Shown: positions 1 through 8,257 of the stretch, one piece after another
Position numbering within the stretch: position 1 is the first letter of the stretch
Layout: each line of letters starts with the position of its first letter
From: a candidate division WOR-3 bacterium
GTDB taxonomy: Bacteria > Hydrothermota > Tepidihabitantia > Tepidihabitantales > Tepidihabitantaceae
Assembly: GCA_965648935.1 (NCBI GenBank)
Contig: CBFGIY010000007.1
Location: 35,379-51,282, forward strand
Length of the DNA stretch: 15,904 nucleotides
Reading direction: 5' to 3'
The notes under the pieces: generated by a model
What the model saw: only the letters and a program-made list of their open reading frames with translations
Databases searched by the model: none
Told to the model about the DNA's origin: nothing
Made by a program: the position numbers and the translations under genes

Positions 1-41
1 AGAAGCTGGCGCCGCGGCAGTGCGCCATCGGCCTGACGGGG

Positions 42-431
42 CTACTCGCCGTCACCCTCGTCGCCCTCGCCCGTGGCTGCCCTGAGGGCCTTGCGCGCGG
101 CGAGCTTGGCCTCGTGTACCTGGTCGGCCATCTTGCGCAGCTCACGCTGGTCCTGGGTGGCGGCCATCTGGGCCAGTATGTTGCGCGCCTCGGTGATCTT
201 GGCCTCGACCGGGGCTGCCTGCTCCGGAGTCAGGCCGGCTTCCTGCAGCCTTGACTCGAGCTTCTGCAGCCCCTGCGGACCTGACTCCATCTTCTCGGTG
301 AACGCCACTGGGTCGACATCCGGACCGGTAAGCGGCTTCGGCCGCGTGGCCAGCAGTATCACCGCCACTACCACGAGGATGCCGACTATCACCCAGATGA
401 TGATGCGGCTCTTGCTACCGCCCTGTGCCAT
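42..431 (-). CDS. Hypothetical single-pass membrane protein (129 aa): N-terminal TM helix, then a charged helical region and an acidic tail
   Basis: Start moved to the ATG at 431 because a strong SD (AAAGGAGGA) lies just upstream on the - strand. Hydrophobic run IIIWVIVGILVVVAVILLA follows KSR. Same strand as and downstream of secA. Confidence 0.75.
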   Translation of the reverse strand: MAQGGSKSRIIIWVIVGILVVVAVILLATRPKPLTGPDVDPVAFTEKMESGPQGLQKLESRLQEAGLTPEQAAPVEAKITEARNILAQMAATQDQRELRKMADQVHEAKLAARKALRAATGEGDEGDGE

Positions 432-520
432 CTGTTCCTCCTTTGCGAGCACTTGCCGGGCCCGGCGCCTTGCCGGCTGCAGAGCCCGGGTTTGGTTTCC
501 TCATTCGAGCCGGCCGGTTT

Positions 521-3511
521 CTACTCCGGCTCATCTCTACCGTGGCATTTCTTGTACTTCTTGCCCGAACCACACGGACAAGGGTCATTGCGTCCCACTT
601 TGGCGACGTCGCGCCGCGCCTGGGTCACCGGGGCGGCCTGCTTCTCCTCGCCGGCGCCCTCGGACTGGACCGCGGGCTTGTAGGCGTGCACGGCCGGACG
701 CGCAACCGGGCGCCGCCGCTCGTTCGCCGTCTGGACCTGCGCCCGGAAAGTCACTGCCAGAGCCTCCCTGCGGAGGTCAGCCATCATCTCATCGAACATC
801 CGGAACGATTCCTGCTTGTACTCGACCAGCGGGTCCTTCTGCCCGTATGCCCGCAGGCTGATACCCTCGCGCAGCATGTCCAGCGCGTAAAGGTGGTCGC
901 GCCACTTGCTGTCGATCGTCCGCAGGAAAACGTACCGGCACAGGTCGGTCAACAGCGCCTCGCCCAACTCCGCCTTGCGCTCATCATAGCGACGCCTGGT
1001 TAGGTCTGTCAACAGTTCGCGCAGGGCCTCGGGCCGGAACCGGTCCCGTTCCTCGGGCGCGACCTCGATGTCGGCGAGCAGGGTCATCTGCAGCTCGCCG
1101 CGCATCCCGTCCCAGTCCCACTCGGCCGGGTACTTGCCCGCGCTCACCGCCCGGCTGACCAGCGACTCGACCAGGCCGGCGGCCAGGTCCTCGTATATCG
1201 GCCGCAGGTCCGCCTCGGTCAGCACCGCGTCGCGCAACTTGTATATCACGTCGCGCTGGCGGTTCATCACGTCATCGTACTCGAGCAGGTGGCGCCTGAT
1301 TTCGGTATTGCGGATTTCCACCCGGCGCTGGGCGTTCTCGATCGCCTTGGTCACCAGCGGGTGCTCGATCGGTTCGTCGCTCTTGGCCCCGAACCGGTCC
1401 ATTATCCCGGCGACGCGCTCCGACCCGAACAGCCGCATCAGGTCGTCCTCCAGAGAAAGGTAGAACTTCGACGAGCCCGGGTCGCCCTGGCGTCCGGACC
1501 GGCCGCGCAGCTGGTTGTCAATCCGGCGCGCCTCGTGCCGCTCGGTGCCGATGATGTAGAGCCCGCACGGCACCTCCTTGTTGCAGCGGCCCGGCGATTC
1601 CTCCCAGTAGGCGCACTTGCCGTCGCCCGACACGAGGTAGCAGCGCTCGCCTTTGACCACGCCCGGCCCGAGCTTGATGTCGGTGCCGCGCCCGGCCATG
1701 TTTGTCGCGATCGTCACCGCGCCGGGCTGACCCGCGCCGGCGATGACCGCGGCCTCGCGCTGGTGCTGCTTGGCATTGAGCACCTCGTGGTTGATGCCCC
1801 GGCGCCGCAGCATCCGGGAGATCACCTCCGAAACGTCGACCGAGGTCGTGCCCACGAGAATTGGCCGGCCGGTCGCGTGCCACTTCTCGATCTCGTCGAG
1901 CACCGCGTCGTACTTCGCCTTGCGCGTCATGTACACGGTGTCGCCGTAGTCGATGCGCCGCACCGGCTCGTTGGTCGGTATCGACACCGCGTCAAGCTTG
2001 TAGGTGCCCCAGAACTCGGCCGCCGAGGTCAGCGCGGTGCCGGTCATCCCGGCAAGCTTTGAGTACATCCGGAAGTAGTTCTGCAGGGTGATGGTTGCGA
2101 AGGTCTGGGTTTCGCCCTGCACCACGACCTGTTCCTTGGCCTCCAGCGCCGAGTGCAGCCCGTCCGAGAACCGCCGGCCCGGCATCAGCCGGCCGGTGAA
2201 CTCGTCGACGATGATGACCCGGCCCTCCTGCACCACGTAATCAACGTCCTTCTCGAACAGCGAGAAAGCCTTGAGAAGAGACTGGAAGCTGTGCAGCAGG
2301 TCGCTCTTCTGGGCGTAGCGCTGGTAGGCCTGCTCCTTCTGGTAGGCCTTCTCTTTCGGCGTCAGGCTCTCGTCGCGGTCGAGCCTGCCCAGCTCCTCGG
2401 ACAGGTCGGGCAGCGTGAACGCGTGCGGGTCGTTGGGCGCCAGCTCCCTGCGGCCCTTGTCGGTCAGGTTGATGGAATGGTCTTTCTCGTCGATGACAAA
2501 GAACAGCTCGTCATCGATCTCGTGGAACCGCTTGTCGCGCAGGTAGAGCAGTTCGAGCCGGTCGACCGCGCGCTTCACGCCCTCCTCGCGCTCGACCTTG
2601 GTCAGCCGCTTGTGCTTGGGCGCGCCGCGCCGCGCCTGCAGGAACTTCTGGGCGGCCTCCTCCTCCTTGCCCTCCTTCATCAGCCGCTCGCCCTCGTCCA
2701 CGATACGGTTGACCAGCAGGTTCTGCTGCGAGAACAGCCGCCGCACCAGCGGCGTCAGCCGGTCGTAGCCCTTGTCCTCGGACTCGACCGGCCCGGAGAT
2801 GATGAGCGGGGTGCGCGCCTCGTCGATGAGAATCGAGTCGACCTCGTCGACGATGGCGTAGTGGTGGCCGCGCTGCACCTTGTCCTCGATGCTGCCGACC
2901 ATGTTGTCGCGCAGGTAGTCGAACCCGAACTCGTTGTTCGTGCCGTAGGTGACATCGGCCTGGTAGTGCGGCTTGCGCTCGTCCGGGTCCATCCCCTGCT
3001 GGATACAGCCCACGGTCAGCCCGAGCGACTCCAGCACCGGGCCCATCCACTCGCGGTCGCGCCGGGCCAGATAATCGTTCACTGTCACCAGATGCGCGCC
3101 CTTGCCCGCCAGCGCGTTCAGGTACAGGGGCATCGTCGCGACGAGCGTCTTGCCCTCGCCGGTGCGCATCTCGGCAATCTTGCCCTCGTGCAGCACCACT
3201 CCGCCGATGAGCTGGACGTCAAACGGCACCATGTTCCAGGTCTGCATCGTGTCGGAAACCGGCCAGCTCTTGCCCACCAGCAGTCTGCAGGCGAGCTTGA
3301 CCAGGGCGAACGCGTCGGGCACGAGGTCGTCAAGCGGCTCATCGTCGGCCACTCGCTTCCTCAGCTCCTCGGTGCGCGCCGGCAGGTCCGCGGAGCTCAA
3401 CCCGCCCAGCTTCTCGTACACGGCGTTGATCTCCTCGACCCGCAGCCAGAGCCGCTTCAGCTCGCGGTCGTTCTTGGTGCCGAAGATTGCGCCGAGGATT
3501 TTTTCAAGCAT
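521..3511 (-). CDS. secA: Preprotein translocase ATPase subunit SecA (996 aa)
   Basis: EMRTGEGKT (Walker A), [72 protein letters not shown], and C-terminal SEC-C motif [19 protein letters not shown]. Confidence 0.99.
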   Translation of the reverse strand: MLEKILGAIFGTKNDRELKRLWLRVEEINAVYEKLGGLSSADLPARTEELRKRVADDEPLDDLVPDAFALVKLACRLLVGKSWPVSDTMQTWNMVPFDVQLIGGVVLHEGKIAEMRTGEGKTLVATMPLYLNALAGKGAHLVTVNDYLARRDREWMGPVLESLGLTVGCIQQGMDPDERKPHYQADVTYGTNNEFGFDYLRDNMVGSIEDKVQRGHHYAIVDEVDSILIDEARTPLIISGPVESEDKGYDRLTPLVRRLFSQQNLLVNRIVDEGERLMKEGKEEEAAQKFLQARRGAPKHKRLTKVEREEGVKRAVDRLELLYLRDKRFHEIDDELFFVIDEKDHSINLTDKGRRELAPNDPHAFTLPDLSEELGRLDRDESLTPKEKAYQKEQAYQRYAQKSDLLHSFQSLLKAFSLFEKDVDYVVQEGRVIIVDEFTGRLMPGRRFSDGLHSALEAKEQVVVQGETQTFATITLQNYFRMYSKLAGMTGTALTSAAEFWGTYKLDAVSIPTNEPVRRIDYGDTVYMTRKAKYDAVLDEIEKWHATGRPILVGTTSVDVSEVISRMLRRRGINHEVLNAKQHQREAAVIAGAGQPGAVTIATNMAGRGTDIKLGPGVVKGERCYLVSGDGKCAYWEESPGRCNKEVPCGLYIIGTERHEARRIDNQLRGRSGRQGDPGSSKFYLSLEDDLMRLFGSERVAGIMDRFGAKSDEPIEHPLVTKAIENAQRRVEIRNTEIRRHLLEYDDVMNRQRDVIYKLRDAVLTEADLRPIYEDLAAGLVESLVSRAVSAGKYPAEWDWDGMRGELQMTLLADIEVAPEERDRFRPEALRELLTDLTRRRYDERKAELGEALLTDLCRYVFLRTIDSKWRDHLYALDMLREGISLRAYGQKDPLVEYKQESFRMFDEMMADLRREALAVTFRAQVQTANERRRPVARPAVHAYKPAVQSEGAGEEKQAAPVTQARRDVAKVGRNDPCPCGSGKKYKKCHGRDEPE

Positions 3512-3522
3512 CGTGCGGGCTG

Positions 3523-3550
3523 ATTCTAGACCGTCCTCATCCTATGTCAA
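3523..3550 (-). promoter_or_regulatory. Putative sigma70-type promoter for secA: TTGACA-16-TAGAAT
   Basis: On the - strand, TTGACA at 3550-3545 and TAGAAT at 3528-3523, 11 nt before the secA ATG. No SD between them. Confidence 0.7.
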
Positions 3551-3577
3551 TCCGCGGGGCGGGACCGGGTCCGGCGC

Positions 3578-4966
3578 CTAGCGCGCGCGCAGCACGCGCG
3601 CCGGGAGGGCGCCGGCGAATCGCGGCACGAGGAAGTAGACGCCGTCGGCCGCGTCCCGGCCGGCATTGTCCCGGCCGTCCCAGAAAGCCACGGCCCGGCC
3701 CGTACCCGCCCTGGCCCCAGTCAGGGTCCGCACGTGATTCCCGGCCCGGTCATAGACATCCACCGGCCCGGCCGCGTCGCCGGCCAGGGCAAAAAGGCAG
3801 GTCACGCTCGCGCCGAACGGGTTAGGCCACGCCTGCGCTGTGCCGGAATCCGGTTCGGGATTGCCGAAACGGGGCGATGCCGGCGCGGTGTCGCGTACGA
3901 CGTAGACCATGCGGCTGTTCAGGTGCCCGACATACAGGCGCCGGCTCCGCGGCGACGCGGCAATCACATACGGCGCCTCGGAAAGGGCCAGAGTCGAGTG
4001 CATCGCGCCGCCAACACCCGCCATCACCGCGATCTGGGCCGGACGGTATGACAGGCAGTAAGCCTGACTGGTCACCGGGCTGAAGTGGATGTCCCACGGC
4101 TCGCCGCCGGTCCAGCGCGAGGCCACGACCGAGTCGGTCGCCATATCGATCATCCACACCGAGTCGGCGCTGGCCGAGGTGTTGCCGCCCGCGTACAGGA
4201 GCCGGCCCTGCTCGTCCGACTCCAGCGCGATGATGTCGCCGGGCAACGCGATGTGGCGCAGTATCGCGCCGGTACCCGGATCTATCACCGCGATTCGGCC
4301 GCTCATCCCGGCGTAATACTTGTCCGCGGCCGGGCTGTAAAGCCCGCTCTGCAGGTAGAACCCGGTTTCGATTGTCCGGCTCACCTCGTGCGTGCGCAGG
4401 TCGATGACCACGACCGTGCCCTCATCGCAGTTCTGCACGTACAGCTCGCGCCGGCGCGCGTCCAGCGCCATCTTCAGCGGCCCGTCGCCGGTGCGAACCA
4501 CCGCCACCAGCGAGTCGGTCCGGCAATCGATCACCCCGACGTTCCACTCCATATCGCACGACACATAGAGCCGGTTCGCCGTGCGGTCCCACAGCGCGTA
4601 CTTGGCCCCGCGCAGCGCGATTGCCTTCCGGCGCTGGTAAGTCGGCCCGGCCAGGACCAGCACCGACTCGGCCCCGGCCGGACCGAACGGGCAATACACC
4701 TTGTCGCCGAGCGAATCATAGGCGAGATACTTGGGCTGGGACACCTGGGTGATGGCGACCAGCCGGTTCGTGGCGCAGTCGATGGTGAACACGCTGCCCG
4801 CGCTCCAGCTTCGGCCGTGGATTGTGTTCTGTCGGGAGCCGTACACGAGCGAACCGACCCACGTTCCCCCGACGTCGATCGAATCTTCAACGTACTGGGC
4901 GCGGGCCGCGGTGCCGAAAAACCCCACCGCCAGGCAAAGAATCGTCAGACCACCCCGTCTGAACAT
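3578..4966 (-). CDS. Secreted YncE/YVTN-type beta-propeller repeat protein with C-terminal FlgD-Ig / T9SS type-A sorting-like domain (462 aa)
   Basis: Signal peptide ending AARA|Q. Repeated ~40-aa blades (e.g. RLYVSCDMEWNVGVIDCRTDSLVAVVRTGDGP, ELYVQNCDEGTVVVIDLRTHEVSRTI). Tail WPNPF...VYDRAGNHVRTL...WDGRDNAGRDAADGVYF. Confidence 0.85.
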   Translation of the reverse strand: MFRRGGLTILCLAVGFFGTAARAQYVEDSIDVGGTWVGSLVYGSRQNTIHGRSWSAGSVFTIDCATNRLVAITQVSQPKYLAYDSLGDKVYCPFGPAGAESVLVLAGPTYQRRKAIALRGAKYALWDRTANRLYVSCDMEWNVGVIDCRTDSLVAVVRTGDGPLKMALDARRRELYVQNCDEGTVVVIDLRTHEVSRTIETGFYLQSGLYSPAADKYYAGMSGRIAVIDPGTGAILRHIALPGDIIALESDEQGRLLYAGGNTSASADSVWMIDMATDSVVASRWTGGEPWDIHFSPVTSQAYCLSYRPAQIAVMAGVGGAMHSTLALSEAPYVIAASPRSRRLYVGHLNSRMVYVVRDTAPASPRFGNPEPDSGTAQAWPNPFGASVTCLFALAGDAAGPVDVYDRAGNHVRTLTGARAGTGRAVAFWDGRDNAGRDAADGVYFLVPRFAGALPARVLRAR

Positions 4967-4987
4967 CGAGAGTCTCTGCTGCGCCCC

Positions 4988-5015
4988 AATCTAGCCTGCC
5001 CGGCCTGCCAGTCAA
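4988..5015 (-). promoter_or_regulatory. Putative promoter for the beta-propeller gene: TTGACT-16-TAGATT
   Basis: On the - strand, TTGACT at 5015-5010 and TAGATT at 4993-4988, 21 nt before the ATG at 4966. Divergent from the rarA promoter. Confidence 0.55.
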
Positions 5016-5051
5016 GCAAAACCTCGCCGCGGCGCAGACGCGCTTCGCCCT

Positions 5052-5079
5052 TTGCACTTTGCCCTGCCCGCCCTATAAT
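5052..5079 (+). promoter_or_regulatory. Putative leaderless promoter for rarA: TTGCAC-16-TATAAT
   Basis: TTGCAC at 5052-5057, perfect TATAAT at 5074-5079, ATG 7 nt later with no SD. Confidence 0.65.
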
Positions 5080-5086
5080 CCAGCCG

Positions 5087-6427
5087 ATGCCTACCAGGCC
5101 CCACGCGCCCGAGCCGGCCGCCGACTCCCCGCCCGCGCCCCTGGCCGACCGCATGCGCCCCAGAACCATCGACGACATCGTCGGCCAGGACGCTCTGCTC
5201 GGGCCGGGCAAACCCCTGCGCCGCGCCATCGAGAAGGGCGAACTCCACTCGATGATACTCTGGGGCCCGCCCGGCTCGGGCAAGACCACGCTCGCGCTGG
5301 CCATCGCCGGCTATGCCCGGGCCCAGTTCATCCAGCTCTCCGCGGTCAGCGCCTCGGTCGCGGACGTGCGCGCCGTCGTCAAACGCGCCCAGTACGACCG
5401 CGCGATGCACAACCGCCGCACGATTCTCTTCGTCGACGAGATTCACCGTTTCAACAAGGCCCAGCAGGACGCCTTCCTGCCCCATGTCGAATCCGGCCTC
5501 ATCATCCTCATCGGCGCCACGACCGAGAACCCCTCGTTCGAGGTCATCGCTCCGCTGCTCTCGCGCTGCCGCGTCTACGTGCTCGAACCGCTCGGCCCGG
5601 ACAGCCTGAAGGAACTGATGCGCCGCGCGCTGTCCTCGGCCGACGGCCTCGCCGCTCTCAAGGCAAGGGTGGCCGACGACGCGCTCGACTACATCGCGCT
5701 CGTCGCGCAGGGCGACGCCCGCGCCGCGCTCACCGCGCTCGAACTCGCGGCCGGCGCGGCCGAACCCGGCCCGAAAGGCGCGCGCCGCGTCACGCTCGAA
5801 CTGACAAAGGAAGTCATCCAGCGCAAGTTCCTGCTCTACGACAAGGCCGGCGAACAGCACTACAACCTGATATCGGCCCTGCACAAATCCCTGCGCGACT
5901 CCGACCCGGACGCCGCGCTCTACTGGCTCGCGCGGATGCTTGAAGCGGGCGAAGACCCGCTCTACGTCGCCCGCCGCCTGGTCCGCTTCGCATCCGAAGA
6001 CATCGGCATGGCCAACCCCAACGCGCTCGTCATCGCCAATGCGGCACGCGAGGCTTACGAGTTCACCGGCCTGCCCGAAGGCAACACCGCGCTCGCCCAG
6101 GCCGTGGTCTACCTCGCGCTCGCGCCCAAGTCCAACGCGGTCTACGTCGCCTACGGCGAAGCGCAGAAAGACGCGGTCGAGAGCGAAACCCTGCCCGTGC
6201 CCCTGCACCTGCGCAACGCCCCGACCGCGCTGATGAAAGGCCTCGGCTACGGCAGGGACTACCAGTACGCCCACGACTTCCCGGACGCGAAAGTCGACCA
6301 GACCCACTTCCCGGATGGGATGAAACCGAAGAAGTACTACCGACCGACTGACCGCGGCTTCGAGGCCGAACTCCGCAAGCGCGCCAGGCAACCGAACGAC
6401 AAGCCTGAACCCGGACGCGGGACCTAG
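5087..6427 (+). CDS. rarA: Replication-associated recombination protein A (RarA/MgsA AAA+ ATPase), 446 aa
   Basis: [17 protein letters not shown] (Walker A), [15 protein letters not shown] (Walker B), [10 protein letters not shown], MgsA C-terminal [30 protein letters not shown] and [10 protein letters not shown]. Start placed at ATG 5087; the 4085 start in the ORF track is a shadow extension over the propeller gene. Confidence 0.97.
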   Translation: MPTRPHAPEPAADSPPAPLADRMRPRTIDDIVGQDALLGPGKPLRRAIEKGELHSMILWGPPGSGKTTLALAIAGYARAQFIQLSAVSASVADVRAVVKRAQYDRAMHNRRTILFVDEIHRFNKAQQDAFLPHVESGLIILIGATTENPSFEVIAPLLSRCRVYVLEPLGPDSLKELMRRALSSADGLAALKARVADDALDYIALVAQGDARAALTALELAAGAAEPGPKGARRVTLELTKEVIQRKFLLYDKAGEQHYNLISALHKSLRDSDPDAALYWLARMLEAGEDPLYVARRLVRFASEDIGMANPNALVIANAAREAYEFTGLPEGNTALAQAVVYLALAPKSNAVYVAYGEAQKDAVESETLPVPLHLRNAPTALMKGLGYGRDYQYAHDFPDAKVDQTHFPDGMKPKKYYRPTDRGFEAELRKRARQPNDKPEPGRGT

Positions 6428-6751
6428 CCGGCGCCGAGCGCGGCCGAAACGGATGCACCACTTAGCCGACCAGACAGGCCGCCGGCTGCACATCTTACCC
6501 AGCTACAGGTTTTGTCAGCGCCTGTGCGACCGGGCAGAGGCCAGATTCTCGGGCTGAATCAGCTACCACATTGACCCATTGTTACTTAGCTCGCCCAACC
6601 ATTCGACCGGCGACCCGATGGGGGAACGGCTCCCCCACCGTCCCAACTGCCTGACTCAAGTATCAGCTCTTGTCAGAACGCGCCGCTCGATGATTCATCG
6701 AGTATCGCGTAAGTTATCGCCGCAATTCTGCGGCCCCTGGTGCCGGCATGC

Positions 6752-6779
6752 TGGACTCTGGGTCTTGCCGGGCTAGAAT
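6752..6779 (+). promoter_or_regulatory. Putative leaderless promoter for the DUF59 gene: TGGACT-16-TAGAAT
   Basis: TGGACT at 6752-6757, TAGAAT at 6774-6779, GTG start 6 nt later. Confidence 0.55.
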
Positions 6780-6785
6780 CAGGGC

Positions 6786-7268
6786 GTGACTCGTCCCGCG
6801 CGCATCCTCTTGCAGGCCGGCCTGACAATCGGCCTTGTCGCGCTTGGTGTCCTGCTTGTCAGCGCCCCGGCAGTCCTGCGCCCGCAGCGTCAGCCAAGGC
6901 TCGGCAACCCGGCCGTGCTGGCCGACTCAGGCCGCGTTCCGGCAGACTCCCTGCCGCTGGACTCGGCCCGCGCCATCGCGGCGCTCGAGCTCGTGCGCGA
7001 CCCCGAACTCGACGTGAACATCGTCGAGCTCGGTCTGGTTGATTCGCTCGCCGTGACCGGCCGCGACATCAGCCTCGTGATGGTTTTCACCAGACCTGAG
7101 TGCCCCTATTCCCGGGTGATGGCGACCGAGGCTTTCGAGGCGTTGCTCGCCCTGCCCGGAGCAGGACTGGTCAGTGTACGAGTGGACCCGGGCAGGCGCT
7201 GGGACCCCTCGCGCGTGTCGCCTGCGGTGCGCGAGCGCTGGCAAAGCCTCGCCGCCCCGCCGCGTTGA
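6786..7268 (+). CDS. DUF59/SufT/PaaD-like (MIP18 family) metal-sulfur cluster assembly protein with N-terminal signal/TM segment (160 aa)
   Basis: ALELVRDPELDVNIVELGLV...VMVFTRPECP...WDPSRVS fits the DUF59 DPE-X27-T-X3-C motif. N-terminal hydrophobic run ILLQAGLTIGLVALGVLLVSA. Confidence 0.85.
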   Translation: MTRPARILLQAGLTIGLVALGVLLVSAPAVLRPQRQPRLGNPAVLADSGRVPADSLPLDSARAIAALELVRDPELDVNIVELGLVDSLAVTGRDISLVMVFTRPECPYSRVMATEAFEALLALPGAGLVSVRVDPGRRWDPSRVSPAVRERWQSLAAPPR

Positions 7269-7292
7269 CACCCGCAGGCGCGCGGCTAGAAT
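7265..7292 (+). promoter_or_regulatory. Putative promoter for pfkB-fba: TTGACA-16-TAGAAT
   Basis: TTGACA at 7265-7270 (overlaps the DUF59 stop codon), TAGAAT at 7287-7292, SD GAGAGGAG at 7313-7320. Confidence 0.7.
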
Positions 7293-7327
7293 CGCCTGTC
7301 CCGCAACAGCCTGAGAGGAGAACCCCT

Positions 7328-8257
7328 TTGATTTACACAGTTACTCTCAATCCCGCGCTCGACCGCACGCTGCACGTCGAGCGGTTCGAGCCGGGCGGTT
7401 CCAACCGCATCGTGCGCGAGGCGCGCTACGCCGGCGGCAAGGGCATCGACGTATCACGCGCCCTGCTTGAGATGGGCACGGCCAACGTCGCGCTCGGGTT
7501 TGTCGGCGGGTTCGACGGCAAGGAGTTTGAAGGCCGGCTCCTGCTCGACGGCGTGACCTGCAGCTTCACGCGCATCGCCGGCGAAACCCGCACCAACGTC
7601 ATAATCCAGGAAGACGCCGGCGACTCGGAAACCGCGCTGCTCGCGCGCGGCCCCGAGGTGCGGCCTGACGAGGTGATGGATTTCATCACGCGGCTCGAAA
7701 GCCTGCCCGACATCGCGATTCTCGTCGTGTCCGGCTCGCTGCCGCCCGGGCTCACGCCCGAGGTCTACCGCCGCATCATCGGGGTCGGCCGCGACAAGGG
7801 CGCGCTCGTCGTGCTCGACACCGCGGGCGAGGCCCTGCGCCAGTCGCTCTCGGCCCGGCCCGCGGTCATCAAGCCCAACCGCCACGAGCTCGCCGAGCTG
7901 GCCGGCGCCGACCTCCCCGACATCGAGTCTGCGGTCCGGTTCTGCCGCACTCTGCACGACCGCGTCGAGACCGTGCTCGTCTCGCTCGGGCCTGACGGCA
8001 TCGTGCTCGTCGCGCCCGACCGCGCGGTCCACGCCCGGCCGCCCGCGGTGAAAGTCAGGAGCACGGTCGGGGCCGGCGACTGTGCAGTCGCCGGCTATGT
8101 CTGCGGCATCGCCGCCGGCGACACGCCCGACGCTGCCCTGCGCCGCGCGGTCGCGGCCGGCACCGCGGCGACCCTGAATCCGGGCACCGGCCTGTGCTGC
8201 CGCGCCGACATCGAAAGCCTGATGCCGCAGGTCGCGGTCGCGGAGCTTCGCCTGTGA
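7328..8257 (+). CDS. pfkB: 1-phosphofructokinase-family hexose kinase (PfkB/FruK/LacC group), 309 aa
   Basis: TTG start at 7328 after the SD. Motifs IYTVTLNPALD, AGGKGIDVSR, GETRTNV, VSGSLPPG, IKPNRHEL, STVGAGD. Exact substrate not determinable from sequence. Confidence 0.92.
   Translation: MIYTVTLNPALDRTLHVERFEPGGSNRIVREARYAGGKGIDVSRALLEMGTANVALGFVGGFDGKEFEGRLLLDGVTCSFTRIAGETRTNVIIQEDAGDSETALLARGPEVRPDEVMDFITRLESLPDIAILVVSGSLPPGLTPEVYRRIIGVGRDKGALVVLDTAGEALRQSLSARPAVIKPNRHELAELAGADLPDIESAVRFCRTLHDRVETVLVSLGPDGIVLVAPDRAVHARPPAVKVRSTVGAGDCAVAGYVCGIAAGDTPDAALRRAVAAGTAATLNPGTGLCCRADIESLMPQVAVAELRL

Noticed and set aside
507..532. GAGCCGG/CCGGCTC inverted repeat spanning the secA stop as a terminator
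   Set aside because: It overlaps the coding end, has a long loop, and has no U-tract on the - strand.
2153..3523. 456-aa + strand ORF opposite secA (also 425-1003 and 1289-2062)
   Set aside because: Antisense shadow frames expected from high-GC codon bias; no recognisable motifs.
4946..4966. Possible Tat motif (FRRGGL) in the propeller signal peptide
   Set aside because: Lacks the S/T-R-R-x-F-L-K consensus; a Sec signal is more likely.
4085..5086. 780-aa ORF suggesting a long N-terminal extension or fusion on RarA
   Set aside because: The extension is the antisense shadow of the beta-propeller gene. A promoter and ATG at 5087 explain the real start.
6560..6640. tRNA-like fragment (CCGGTCGAATGGTTGGG on the - strand, TTCGA on the + strand)
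   Set aside because: No T-arm GGTTCRANTCC at the right spacing, no cloverleaf and no acceptor stem.
6579..6776. 65-aa ORF in the intergenic gap
   Set aside because: TTG start without SD, atypical codon usage, no motif, and it runs into the downstream promoter.
6428..6785. CRISPR array, oriC or DnaA-box cluster in the gap
   Set aside because: No regularly spaced direct repeats and no TTATCCACA-type boxes; TTATCGCCG at 6714 is a poor match.
7100..7327. Longer pfkB start at 7100 (and fba start at 8194) from the ORF track
   Set aside because: These overlap upstream genes. The SD plus TTG at 7328 and the GTGA coupling at 8254 match the family N-termini.
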